64,000 nucleotides of DNA from an uncultured Alphaproteobacteria bacterium (GCA_963790595.1 CAWBPE010000002.1:46857-110856); one strand, 5' to 3'; positions 34,906-46,906 are shown, numbered from the stretch's first letter. Made by a program: numbers and translations. Notes: generated by a model from the letters alone, not told the origin.

Positions 34906-35561
34906 GGCGCGGCGCCCATCGCGCCTGAGGTTCCCGCTTGCGCAGAAACTGTCGCGCCACCGCACAAGCGGCCATACAGCGCTTCGATGCATTCCTCGAC
35001 AATTTTTTCGTGCGGCACGTCGCGCGACCAGACCGTCAGGTCGGCATGCTGGTAAATCGGCTCGCGTTCGCTGAGCAGACGCCCGACGGTCGCTTCTGGG
35101 TCGGTGGTCTGTAGCAGCGGGCGGTCGGCGCGGCGCTTGACCCGGCGCATGATGATCTCGGCATCCGCCTTGAGCCAGATCGAGATCGCCTTGTCGCGAA
35201 TACGATTTCGAGTTTCCTCGCGCATGAACGCGCCGCCGCCGGTCGCGATCACCCCCGGGCCGTTATCGAGCAATCGCGCAATTACCCGCGCCTCGCCGTC
35301 CCTGAAATCCGGCTCGCCACGGGCCTCGAAAATATCCGGAATCGACATGCCTGCCGCCGTCTCAATTTCGGTATCGGCGTCCAGAAACGGCAGCCGCAGC
35401 CGCGCCGACAGCCGCCGTCCGATGGTGGATTTGCCGGCCCCCATCATCCCGACCAGCACAACCGAACGCATTCCCAGCGCCGCTGATATTTCGGCGTCCT
35501 GGGGCGCGCTGGCGCTAGCCGATATGGCTGTCTCAGACATCTCTTCGCTCGGTTGCCGCAA
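34902..35561 (-). CDS. aroK: shikimate kinase
   Basis: Walker A GMMGAGKSTIGRRL and GGGAFMREETR. The start may be the second Met, at 35540. Confidence 0.9.
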   Translation of the reverse strand: MRQPSEEMSETAISASASAPQDAEISAALGMRSVVLVGMMGAGKSTIGRRLSARLRLPFLDADTEIETAAGMSIPDIFEARGEPDFRDGEARVIARLLDNGPGVIATGGGAFMREETRNRIRDKAISIWLKADAEIIMRRVKRRADRPLLQTTDPEATVGRLLSEREPIYQHADLTVWSRDVPHEKIVEECIEALYGRLCGGATVSAQAGTSGAMGAAP

Positions 35562-35616
35562 ATGCGGCTGGTTCGGGTCACCATACTACCCCCGCCGATA
35601 CCCTTGCTAGTGTCCC

Positions 35617-35771
35617 GGGTCGAACATTCGCACCCCGTTGCAGCGGCCTCTGTTGCGAATGTTCGAACCAAAAGGACACTGGAAGAATATGATTCCAGTG
35701 CGGTTTTGGATTTGACCTTCGCTTTGAGAATTCGCCGAGGGACTGTAGCGAAGGTCAAATCCCCGCACTGG
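35617..35771. other. array of long hairpins with alternative pairing in the aroK / small-ORF divergent intergenic region
   Basis: H1: TCGAACATTCGCA with TGCGAATGTTCGA, a 13-bp perfect core (35620-35632 and 35654-35666). H2: CACTGGAA with TTCCAGTG (35677-84 and 35693-700). H3: GGATTTGACCTTCGCT with AGCGAAGGTCAAATCC, 16 bp perfect (35708-23 and 35747-62). A further helix CCAGTGCGG with CCGCACTGG (35695-703 and 35763-771) encloses H3 and competes with H2. Confidence 0.7.
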
Positions 35772-35863
35772 TGTGTCTTGCAACGAAGGGGGGAACATGT
35801 TCGTAGTCAGATCAGGCTATCCCCGATGATTTCAATGGTTAATTCGCCGCCTGAGGCTCCGAC

Positions 35864-36010
35864 ATGCCCAGCCTGTTCCGGTTTCTGACTGTCGTCGCTG
35901 TGATCGGCGGGGTCATCTATGGCACGATTTTCGCGCTGGCGAATTTCGTTAACCCGAAACCGCGGGAAATGACCATCAACATACCCCCTGACAAGTTCCT
36001 CAAGAAATAG
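35864..36010 (+). CDS. small single-pass membrane protein (48 aa), below the ORF-track size cutoff
   Basis: MPSLFRFLTVVAVIGGVIYGTIFALANFVNPKPREMTINIPPDKFLKK. GAGG lies 7 nt upstream of the ATG. The ORF ends 16 nt before the xerD start. Confidence 0.55.
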   Translation: MPSLFRFLTVVAVIGGVIYGTIFALANFVNPKPREMTINIPPDKFLKK

Positions 36011-36026
36011 ACGCTAGGGTTGGCGA

Positions 36027-36986
36027 ATGAACGCCAGCAAGACCTCCGACGCCAAACTGACCAACCTGTTCCTCGACATGCTCGCAGCCGAGCAAGGCGC
36101 CGGCAACAATACGCTCGACGCCTACCGCCGCGACCTGACGGATTTTTCGGAGTTTCTCGGTCATTCCGGGCAGGATTTTGCGGGCGCAGAAACGCAAGGC
36201 TTGCGGGACTATCTCGCCGACCTTGACGCGCGCGGCTTCAAATCGTCGAGCGTCGCGCGCCGGCTGTCGGCGATGCGGCATCTGTTTCGATTCCTCCTGA
36301 ACGAGCGGATTCGCAGCGACGATCCCGCGGCAATCCTGTCCGGGCCAAAGCGCGGCCGCGGCCTGCCCAAAGTGCTGACGATATCAGATGTCGATCGCCT
36401 GCTCGTTCACGCCAAAGCGCTGACGACTGCACCGGAAACCTCTGCGCCGCAGCGGCTTCGTGCCCTTCGTCTCTATTGCCTGCTCGAAGTGCTCTACGCC
36501 ACCGGCCTGCGGGTATCCGAACTGGTGTCGCTGCCGCGCACGGCGGCGCGCCGCGACGCGCGCATGATCGTGGTGCGCGGCAAGGGCAACAAGGAACGGC
36601 TGGTGCCGCTGAACGAGCCGTCACGACAGGCGATGGCGGACTATCTCGCGGCGATCGAGGCGCTGAAACCTGAGAAGAAGAAAAACGCCGCAAACTCGAA
36701 ATGGCTGTTTCCCTCGTCCGGCGAGAGCGGTCATTTGACGCGGCAACATTTCGCGCGCGATCTGAAGGAACTGGCGGCGGCCGCTGGTCTCGCGCCACGG
36801 CTGATCAGCCCGCATGTGCTGCGCCATGCCTTTGCGAGCCATCTGCTGCACAACGGCGCCGATTTGCGCATCGTGCAGACGCTGCTCGGCCACACTGATA
36901 TCTCAACCACGCAAATCTACACCCATGTGGTCGAGGAGCGCCTGAAAAGCCTGGTGCGCGACCTGCATCCGCTGGCCGAGAAATAA
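36027..36986 (+). CDS. xerD: site-specific tyrosine recombinase XerD
   Basis: ATGLRVSELVSL, HVLRHAFASHLL and LLGHTDISTTQIYTHV supply the R-H-R-Y catalytic residues. An N-terminal SAM-like domain is present. Confidence 0.9.
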   Translation: MNASKTSDAKLTNLFLDMLAAEQGAGNNTLDAYRRDLTDFSEFLGHSGQDFAGAETQGLRDYLADLDARGFKSSSVARRLSAMRHLFRFLLNERIRSDDPAAILSGPKRGRGLPKVLTISDVDRLLVHAKALTTAPETSAPQRLRALRLYCLLEVLYATGLRVSELVSLPRTAARRDARMIVVRGKGNKERLVPLNEPSRQAMADYLAAIEALKPEKKKNAANSKWLFPSSGESGHLTRQHFARDLKELAAAAGLAPRLISPHVLRHAFASHLLHNGADLRIVQTLLGHTDISTTQIYTHVVEERLKSLVRDLHPLAEK

Positions 36987-37181
36987 CGTCGCGCGCGGCT
37001 ATCTTGACTTCGCAGCCTTCTGACCCGAAAGAGCCAGTCCCCGCCCGCGACCTTGAGCGCGCGTCAGCCAAAGGGGCTCATTCCATCGCCGGAATGCGTG
37101 CTAAATTATTGAAGATACTTGCTTTCTTCACGCGAACCGGAAGCCGCTTCGCTCCAGCGGCTTCGTCCTTATATTGATGTG

Positions 37182-38144
37182 ATGCCGGATCTCATGCGCA
37201 GTTATCTCGATTTCGAAAAACCCGTCGCCGAACTCGACGCCAAGGTCGATGAATTGCGCGCGCTCGCGGCCACCGGCAGCGATATCGGCGAAGAGATTAC
37301 GCGGATCGAAGACAAGGCCGCGCAGGCGCTGAGCGATCTCTATGCCAATTTGACGCCGTGGCAGAAAACCCTGGTCGCGCGCCATCCGCTGCGGCCGCAT
37401 CTGACCGATTTCATTGCCGCGCTGATCACCGACTTCACGCCGATGGCGGGCGACCGCAAATTCGGCGAGGACGAAGCGCTGGTCGGCGGGTTCGGCCGTT
37501 TCCGCGGCGAGAGCATCTGCGTGATCGGCCAGGAAAAAGGCGCCACCACCGAATCCCGCATCAAGCATAATTTCGGCATGGCGCGGCCGGAAGGCTATCG
37601 CAAGGCGGTCCGGCTAATGGAGATGGCGGATCGATTCGGGATTCCCGTGCTGTCGATCGTCGATTCCGCCGGCGCCTATCCCGGCATCGGCGCCGAGGAA
37701 CGCGGCCAGGCCGAAGCCATTGCGCGCTCGACCGATGCCTGCCTGTCGCTCGGCGTCCCCAATGTCGCGATCATCACCGGCGAAGGCATGTCCGGCGGCG
37801 CCATCGCGATCACGACAGCCAATCGCGTGCTGATGTTCGAACATGCGATCTACAGCGTGATTTCGCCCGAAGCCGCGTCCTCGATCCTGTGGCGCGACGG
37901 CACCAAGGCCCAGGAAGCCGCGACCAGCATGAAGATCACCGCGCAGGACATGCTGCGTTTCGGCGTGATCGACTCGATCCTGAAAGAACCCTCGGGCGGC
38001 GCGCACCGCGATCCCGCAGCCATGATCGCAACCACCGGCGACGCGATCGCGCAGGCTTTCGCCGATCTACGCTCGCTCGATCCCGATGCGATTCGCAAGC
38101 TGCGGCGGCAGAAATTCCTCGATATCGGCCGCAAGTTGGGCTGA
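37182..38144 (+). CDS. accA: acetyl-CoA carboxylase carboxyltransferase alpha subunit
   Basis: MRSYLDFEKPVAELDAKVDELR..., RHPLRPH, FGMARPEGYRKA and GEGMSGGA. The start is at 37182 or 37194. Confidence 0.92.
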   Translation: MPDLMRSYLDFEKPVAELDAKVDELRALAATGSDIGEEITRIEDKAAQALSDLYANLTPWQKTLVARHPLRPHLTDFIAALITDFTPMAGDRKFGEDEALVGGFGRFRGESICVIGQEKGATTESRIKHNFGMARPEGYRKAVRLMEMADRFGIPVLSIVDSAGAYPGIGAEERGQAEAIARSTDACLSLGVPNVAIITGEGMSGGAIAITTANRVLMFEHAIYSVISPEAASSILWRDGTKAQEAATSMKITAQDMLRFGVIDSILKEPSGGAHRDPAAMIATTGDAIAQAFADLRSLDPDAIRKLRRQKFLDIGRKLG

Positions 38145-38338
38145 AGTTTCCTGCCGAACCAAGTTCCAGGCGCCTATTTGGGGCATTTTGGGCCTAATCT
38201 TTGCGAAATTCAGCCCTTTTGGCCGCAATTATGCCCGGCCCCCATGTTTAATATCTGTTCACCACGCCGGAGGTGGAACCCGCCGCAACGCCCTCATCGG
38301 CTTGCGACAAAGGGGGCTTAAGGATAATATTTTATTCA

Positions 38339-39928
38339 ATGGCTTCAGGGCATGGATGCCGTTCTTGGGTTGCCTTTCTGGGGTGCAACATTGCCCGTCG
38401 GGTGTGGAGCTCTGCATTGATCAATCGCACGCTGGTTCGCGCGGTCCTCACATCAGTCGCGCTGGCGGCCGGTGCGCTATTGGCCGGCTGCAACAGCGAC
38501 GAAATCTCGCTCGCCAATAACGCCAAGGCCAACCAGCCCGTTTCGGCCAAGCTCGTCGCCGAGATGGCGTCCAAGAACATGGACATCCAGTCGCCGATGC
38601 TGGTCCGGCTGTTCAAGCAGGAAGCCGAGCTCGAAGTCTGGAAGCAGGATCGCACCGGCCGCTTCGCGCTCCTGAAGACCTATCCGATCTGCCGCTGGTC
38701 GGGAGACCTTGGCCCCAAGGTTCGCGAAGGCGACCGTCAGGCGCCGGAAGGCTTCTACGCGATTTCGCCGAGCCAGATGAATCCGCAATCGGCCTATTAT
38801 CTTTCGTTCAACACCGGCTACCCCAACGCTTACGACCGCTCGCTCGGACACACCGGCTCGGAGCTGATGGTGCATGGCGACTGCTCGTCGCGCGGCTGCT
38901 ACGCGATGACCGACGAACAGATCGCGGAAATCTATTCGCTGGGCCGCGAATCCTTCTTCGGCGGCCAGAAGTCGTTCCAGTTTCAGGCCTATCCGTTCAA
39001 GATGACGCCGGTCAACATGGCCAAGCATCGCAACAATCCGAACATGCCGTTCTGGAAAATGATCAAGGAAGGCTACGATCATTTCGAAGTGACGAAGCAG
39101 GAGCCGAAGGTCGATTTCTGCGAGAAGAAATATGTGTTCGATGCCGTGAAGTCGCCGGATGCCAAGCGCGATCCGGTGTTTGAAGCCTCGGCAAAATGCC
39201 CGGCCTACGTCATCCCGGATGAAGTCGCCGACGCCGTGCGCCAGAAGCAGCGCGAGGAAGAAGCCGAGACCGCCAAGCTGATCGCCAAGGGAACGCCGGT
39301 CGCCCGGATGAACACCGGCATCGACGGCGGCATGAACCGCGTGTTCGCCGCCCATATCCCCGACGGCAACACCGGGCTGTCGGATGGCGGCAGCGGTCAA
39401 AGCGGCCTGCAGCTTGCGTTCCAGCCACAGAGGGCGCCGGGCACCATTCCCGCCGGCGTCAATCCGCCGCGCGGTCAAGTGACGTCGCCCGACGAACCGT
39501 TATTGGCCTCGACGGCTTCGACCTCATCGACGACGCGCGTCGCCTCGGCGGCGCCGTCCACATCCCAATCTGATGAAGGCTTCTTCAGCAGCCTCGCCCG
39601 CAAGGTCGGCATCGGCAGCGCGACCGCCGATGCTAGCGCAACGGCCGCGCCGGCGCCCGTCGCTTCGCCGGCCAAGCCCAAGGCCGAGGCCAAGCGCCAC
39701 GACGCGCCGCCGCGTCCGGAAGGGGCGATCCCCGCGACCGCAAAGGCCGCAACACCGAAGGCCGATACGAAGCAGGCCGCCGCCCGTCCGCCGCTGAAAC
39801 CGACGGTGGCCGACACTGCCGCTGCGCCGGCCCCTGCCGCACCCGCTGCCGGTAACAGCCTGGTCGCCGGCGCCCAGCCGATCGTATCGGCGAATTCGTT
39901 CGACAGCCGCTTCTCGGCCGCGAAGTAA
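38339..39928 (+). CDS. L,D-transpeptidase (YkuD/YafK-like) lipoprotein with Ala/Pro-rich C-terminal extension
   Basis: Lipobox ALLAGC. The catalytic region reads SELMVHGDCSSRGCYAM (H...C). About 190 aa of A/P/S/T low complexity lie at the C-terminus. The start is ambiguous (38273 GTG, 38339 ATG or 38402 GTG). Confidence 0.82.
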   Translation: MASGHGCRSWVAFLGCNIARRVWSSALINRTLVRAVLTSVALAAGALLAGCNSDEISLANNAKANQPVSAKLVAEMASKNMDIQSPMLVRLFKQEAELEVWKQDRTGRFALLKTYPICRWSGDLGPKVREGDRQAPEGFYAISPSQMNPQSAYYLSFNTGYPNAYDRSLGHTGSELMVHGDCSSRGCYAMTDEQIAEIYSLGRESFFGGQKSFQFQAYPFKMTPVNMAKHRNNPNMPFWKMIKEGYDHFEVTKQEPKVDFCEKKYVFDAVKSPDAKRDPVFEASAKCPAYVIPDEVADAVRQKQREEEAETAKLIAKGTPVARMNTGIDGGMNRVFAAHIPDGNTGLSDGGSGQSGLQLAFQPQRAPGTIPAGVNPPRGQVTSPDEPLLASTASTSSTTRVASAAPSTSQSDEGFFSSLARKVGIGSATADASATAAPAPVASPAKPKAEAKRHDAPPRPEGAIPATAKAATPKADTKQAAARPPLKPTVADTAAAPAPAAPAAGNSLVAGAQPIVSANSFDSRFSAAK

Positions 39929-40141
39929 AACCGCTTGCCGTTCGCCTGAGCGGAACGGTGGTCGCAGACTTCCCGACAAACACACCAGCCAAATAGCCTG
40001 CCGCTACGATGTCAGGCTTTGCACTTTCGCACGTGCCATCTGGATAAGACGCTGTCGGTACAGTAGCCTCCCCCTCCGCTGATACAAAAATCTCGAAGCC
40101 CGGATATCGAAACTCTGGGTTTACGAGGCAGAAAATGGAGG

Positions 40142-42097
40142 ATGACCATGACTGATCCCGAATCGGGTGCCCTGCACCGTCGCCGATTTCTGAAAGGGGT
40201 GGTCATCGCCGGCGGCGCCACCATCGCGGCTCCCGCGGCCGTTCAGGCACAAGCGCCCGAAAAGGCGAAGACCAACGCGGCGCCGCCGACCGCCGCCACA
40301 AAAGCCAGCGAGCGCGAACACCCGCCGGAAGTCGAGCAGCTGACGACGGAAAAGACCGGCTCCGATTTCATGGTCGACGTCTGCAAGACACTCAATATCG
40401 ACTACATGGCCTCCTGCCCCGGTTCGACGTTTCGCGCGCTGCAGGAAAGTTTCATCAACTACGGGCAGAACAAAAGTCCGGAATGGCTGACCTGTCTGCA
40501 CGAAGAAGTCTCGATCGGCATGGCGCATGGTTACGCCAAGGTCGCCGGCAAGCCGATGGCCGCCATCGTGCACGGAACGGTCGGCACGCAGCATGGGGCC
40601 ATGGCCATCTACAATGCCTATTGCGACCGCGTGCCTATCATGGTGTTCACCGGCAACGCCGGACCGCTCGATGAGCGCCGGCCCGGCGTCGAGTGGTTCC
40701 ACAGCGTGCAGGATCCCGCCGTCACCGTGCGCGACTTCGTCAAGTGGGACGATTATCCGATGTCGCTTCAGCATTTTGCCGAATCGACGGTGCGTGGCTA
40801 TGCGATGGCCTGCGCGCAACCCTCTGCCCCGGTATTCATCACCGCGGAGGCCAAGCTGCAGGAACAACCGCTGGAGGAGCGCGAGCAGCGCAAGCTCTCC
40901 ATTCCGCGCCTGACCCGGCCGTCGCAAGCCGTCGGCGACGCCAACGCCCTGCGCGAGGCCGCGAAAATGCTGGTCGCAGCCGAAGCGCCCGTCATCATCG
41001 TGGATCGCTATGCGCGCTCCCAGCAGGCGATGGACGATCTGGTCAAGCTCGCCGAGCTCCTGCAGGCGCCCGTCGTCGACAATCGCGGGCGCATGAACAT
41101 GCCGAACACGCATTATCTTTGCCAGACGGAGCGCGGGCCCGGATTGATCGCGCGGGCCGACTGCATCCTGTCGCTCGAGCCGGTCGATCTCTACGGACAG
41201 CTCAATGTCATGCGCGACCAGTTGGAGCGCACGGTCAGTCCACAAGTCAAAAAGGGCGTCAAGGTCATCAGCATCTCGACCCATGATTTGCTGATGCATT
41301 CGAATTATCAGGATTTTCAGCGCTATGCCGGCGCCGACATCAACATGACAGCGGACGCGCAAACGACGCTGCCGTTCCTGATCGAAGCGATCAAGCGCGA
41401 GATGCCGGCCGGCGGCAGCGCCTTCGAGGCCCGCGGCCAGAAGATGCGCGAAGCCTTTAACGGCTTTGGCGATCGCGCCCGCAAGGAAGCCGCGCTCGCC
41501 TGGGACGCCACGCCGATCTCGTCGGCGCGGATGTATATGGAGCTCTGGGAGCACCTCAAGAAAGAGGATTGGGCGCTTCTTTCGGACGGCGGCTTCTCGT
41601 CGAATTGGCCGCATCGGCTGTGGCCGATGGAAAAGCACTATCGCTTCATCGGCGGCTCCGGTGCTTATGGCGTCGGCTATCAGCCGGTGGCGGCACTCGG
41701 GGCCGCGCTGGCGCATCGCGACGCCGGTGGCGGACGTGTTGCGGTCAGCATCACCGGCGACGGCGAGTTCAACATGGCGCCGCACACGCTGTGGACCGCC
41801 GCGCATCACAACATTCCGTATTTGACCATTATCCAGAACAACCGCGCCTATCACCAGGAGGTCATGCACGTGCAACGCATGGCCAATCGGCACAATCGCG
41901 GCGTGCGCAACGTGCCGATCGGCACCACCATCGATAATCCTAACATCGATTACGCCAAGATCGCGCAGGGATATGGCGCGGTCGGTATCGGCCCGATCAA
42001 CGATCCCAACGATCTGTCGGAAGCGATCCGCAAGGGCATTGCCGCCGTCAAGGCCGGTCAGCCCGCGCTGATCGACGTCGTCATGCAGCCGCGTTGA
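40142..42097 (+). CDS. thiamine-diphosphate-dependent enzyme (acetolactate synthase / pyruvate oxidase superfamily) with twin-arginine signal peptide
   Basis: MTMTDPESGALHRRRFLKGVVIAGGATIAAPAAVQA is a canonical RRxFLK with an AxA site. The Pyr domain has LHEEVSIGMAHGYA. The TPP motif is GDGEF-N23-NN (GDGEFNMAPHTLWTAAHHNIPYLTIIQNN). GGAGGA lies upstream of the ATG. Confidence 0.88.
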   Translation: MTMTDPESGALHRRRFLKGVVIAGGATIAAPAAVQAQAPEKAKTNAAPPTAATKASEREHPPEVEQLTTEKTGSDFMVDVCKTLNIDYMASCPGSTFRALQESFINYGQNKSPEWLTCLHEEVSIGMAHGYAKVAGKPMAAIVHGTVGTQHGAMAIYNAYCDRVPIMVFTGNAGPLDERRPGVEWFHSVQDPAVTVRDFVKWDDYPMSLQHFAESTVRGYAMACAQPSAPVFITAEAKLQEQPLEEREQRKLSIPRLTRPSQAVGDANALREAAKMLVAAEAPVIIVDRYARSQQAMDDLVKLAELLQAPVVDNRGRMNMPNTHYLCQTERGPGLIARADCILSLEPVDLYGQLNVMRDQLERTVSPQVKKGVKVISISTHDLLMHSNYQDFQRYAGADINMTADAQTTLPFLIEAIKREMPAGGSAFEARGQKMREAFNGFGDRARKEAALAWDATPISSARMYMELWEHLKKEDWALLSDGGFSSNWPHRLWPMEKHYRFIGGSGAYGVGYQPVAALGAALAHRDAGGGRVAVSITGDGEFNMAPHTLWTAAHHNIPYLTIIQNNRAYHQEVMHVQRMANRHNRGVRNVPIGTTIDNPNIDYAKIAQGYGAVGIGPINDPNDLSEAIRKGIAAVKAGQPALIDVVMQPR

Positions 42098-42107
42098 GGA
42101 GAGAACC

Positions 42108-42470
42108 ATGAAACATATTGTTCTCGCCCTCACGGGCCTGATGCTGGCGGCCGGTCCGGTCTGCGCCCAACAAGACTCTGCGCCTGCAGGCAACGCCGCG
42201 AACGGCAAAGCGCTCTATAATCAGGTCGGTTGTTATCAATGCCATGGCCAGGCCGGCCAGGGCGCCCGGCCGACCGGCCCCAGCGTTTCGCGAACGCAGT
42301 TTCCGTTCGAGGGGTTTCTGTATCAGCTTCGCCATCCGGCCAACCAGATGCCGCCCTATGAAGCCGCCATCGTCTCCGACCAGGAAGCGGCGGATATCTA
42401 CGCGTATCTGCGCCAGATGCCGGCGCCGCGCGATCCCAACAGCATTCCCCTGCTCAAGGCGGAGCATTGA
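42108..42470 (+). CDS. class I c-type cytochrome, Sec signal
   Basis: MKHIVLALTGLMLAAGPVCA signal, heme motif CYQCH and a distal Met candidate in NQMPPY. It starts 10 nt after the TPP-enzyme stop. Confidence 0.88.
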   Translation: MKHIVLALTGLMLAAGPVCAQQDSAPAGNAANGKALYNQVGCYQCHGQAGQGARPTGPSVSRTQFPFEGFLYQLRHPANQMPPYEAAIVSDQEAADIYAYLRQMPAPRDPNSIPLLKAEH

Positions 42471-42552
42471 GCGCTGATCTATGGTGCTCATCGAGCAGCT
42501 AACCAGCGGAAGGTTGGTAGCCTGAGAAATTAGCGCGAGGACCGATCGGCCC

Positions 42553-45387
<2,835 letters not shown>

Positions 45388-45753
45388 GCCAAATTCCTGC
45401 TTTTGCGGTTCGGCGTTGCAGCCGTGAAATGGTCCACCAGATTGCCTATCAACTCATCGTGACGCATCGCGGGCCGGTCCCGAACCGGGAGCATCCGCCA
45501 AATGAGTGGGAATTCAGCAATCCAAGGTTCAACGGCCAAAAACGCAGCGAAATACGCGCCATCGCCATTGCCCCGGCTGGGCAGAGATATGGCTGGCCCG
45601 GAAGGTTGTCAACGGCGCTAACCTGTCAAGGATTTCATCATTTTGACAGACTTTTCGCGTTGCCAAGGTGCCTTGATTGGGCGAGTGTCCCGCCGCCCCC
45701 GAACAGCCCTAGTGCCCCGGATCGCCCCACGACTTTCAAGATAAGGATTTTCC

Positions 45754-46677
45754 ATGACCTCTTCGTCATCTGACGCGAAATTCAGCCTCCGCGCCCGCCT
45801 CGCCGGCGCCGCCACCGGCTGCCTCGCGATCGTCCTGCTCGCCGGCCTGCCGGTCCGGGCTGAAGACGCCAACCCTGTGCTCGCCAAGGTAAATGGCGCC
45901 GAAATCCGCCAGAGCGACGTCGCGCTCGCCGAAGAAGAGCTCGGGCCGAGCCTCGCCCAGATGGATCCCGCCACCAAGAAGGAAAACGTGCTGGCGTTCC
46001 TGATCGACATGAAAATCGTCGCCAAGGCCGCCGAAGCCAAGAAGATCGAGGACCGCGATGACTTTAAGGCCCGCCTCGCCTTCACGCGCAACCGGCTCCT
46101 GATGGACAATCTGCTGGCGGTCGAAGGCAAGGCCGCGACCACCGATGAAGCCATGAAGAAGGTCTATGAGGACGCCTCCAAGCAGATCACCGGCGAGCAG
46201 GAAGTTCACGCCCGCCATATCCTGGTCGAGACCGAGGCCGAGGCCAAGGCCATCGAGGAGGAACTCAAGAAGGGCGCCGACTTCGCCGAACTCGCCAAGA
46301 AGAAGTCCAAGGATCCCGGCGCCTCCGACGGCGGCGATCTCGGCTTCTTCACCAAGGACCAGATGGTGCCGGAATTCTCGACCGTCGCCTTTGCGCTCGA
46401 GCCGGGCAAGATCTCCGACCCGGTGAAGTCGCAGTTCGGCTGGCACATCATCAAGGTCGAGGAAAAGCGCGCCCGCAAGGCACCCGACTTCGAGCAGGTC
46501 AAGGCGCAGATCGAGACCTATGTGACCCGCAAGGCGCAGGCCGATTACGTCGCCAAGCTGCGCGAAACCGCCAAGGTCGAGCGCCTGGACCAGCCCGCTG
46601 AAGCCGCCAAGCCCGACGCGATGAAGCCGGACGCGATGAAGCCGGCCGACGCCAAGATGGCCCCGGCGAAGAAGTAA
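45754..46677 (+). CDS. parvulin-type peptidyl-prolyl cis-trans isomerase (SurA/PpiC-like), periplasmic
   Basis: Signal peptide ATGCLAIVLLAGLPVRA. The rotamase domain reads HARHILVETEAEA...GGDLGFFTKDQMVPEF...SQFGWHIIKV. Confidence 0.85.
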   Translation: MTSSSSDAKFSLRARLAGAATGCLAIVLLAGLPVRAEDANPVLAKVNGAEIRQSDVALAEEELGPSLAQMDPATKKENVLAFLIDMKIVAKAAEAKKIEDRDDFKARLAFTRNRLLMDNLLAVEGKAATTDEAMKKVYEDASKQITGEQEVHARHILVETEAEAKAIEEELKKGADFAELAKKKSKDPGASDGGDLGFFTKDQMVPEFSTVAFALEPGKISDPVKSQFGWHIIKVEEKRARKAPDFEQVKAQIETYVTRKAQADYVAKLRETAKVERLDQPAEAAKPDAMKPDAMKPADAKMAPAKK

Positions 46678-46717
46678 GAATCTGCTGTCACTTCTTCGAC
46701 GCCAATAGTATTTACGA

Positions 46718-46862
46718 TCGTGATGGCCGGGCTAAATGTCCCGGCCATCAGCGTGTTAGAGCCTTATCGGTTCTGATTGAATCGGAACCGGGCTCTAATC
46801 TTTTGTTTTGACGCGTTTTCTTGACGCGAACCGGTATCCACTTCGCTTGAAAACGCTCTAAA
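46718..46862. repeat. composite of a Family C variant, a hairpin repeat and a Family F repeat
   Basis: GTGATGGCCGGGCTAAATGTCCCGGCCATCAGC, then TTAGAGCCTTATCGGTTCTGATTGAATCGGAACCGGGCTCTAA (related to 56128-56165), then TTGACGCGTTTTCTTGACGCGAACCGGTATCCACTTCGCTTGAAAACGCT. Confidence 0.8.
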
Positions 46863-46906
46863 AGCCCTGACGATGTATTTGGCCCTGCCGTTTTCGGAAT
46901 TTATTC

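Noticed and set aside
40121-42208. 695-aa minus-strand ORF overlapping the TPP-enzyme gene
   Set aside because: It is a shadow ORF. The plus-strand frame carries the Tat signal, the GDG...NN TPP motif and a Shine-Dalgarno sequence. The minus-strand translation is low complexity (R/G/A/H/D).
45429-45773. 114-aa ORF in the secA / PPIase divergent intergenic region
   Set aside because: It has no Shine-Dalgarno sequence, an odd composition and no motif. It runs into the start of the PPIase gene in another frame, so the region is more likely promoter and 5-prime UTR DNA.
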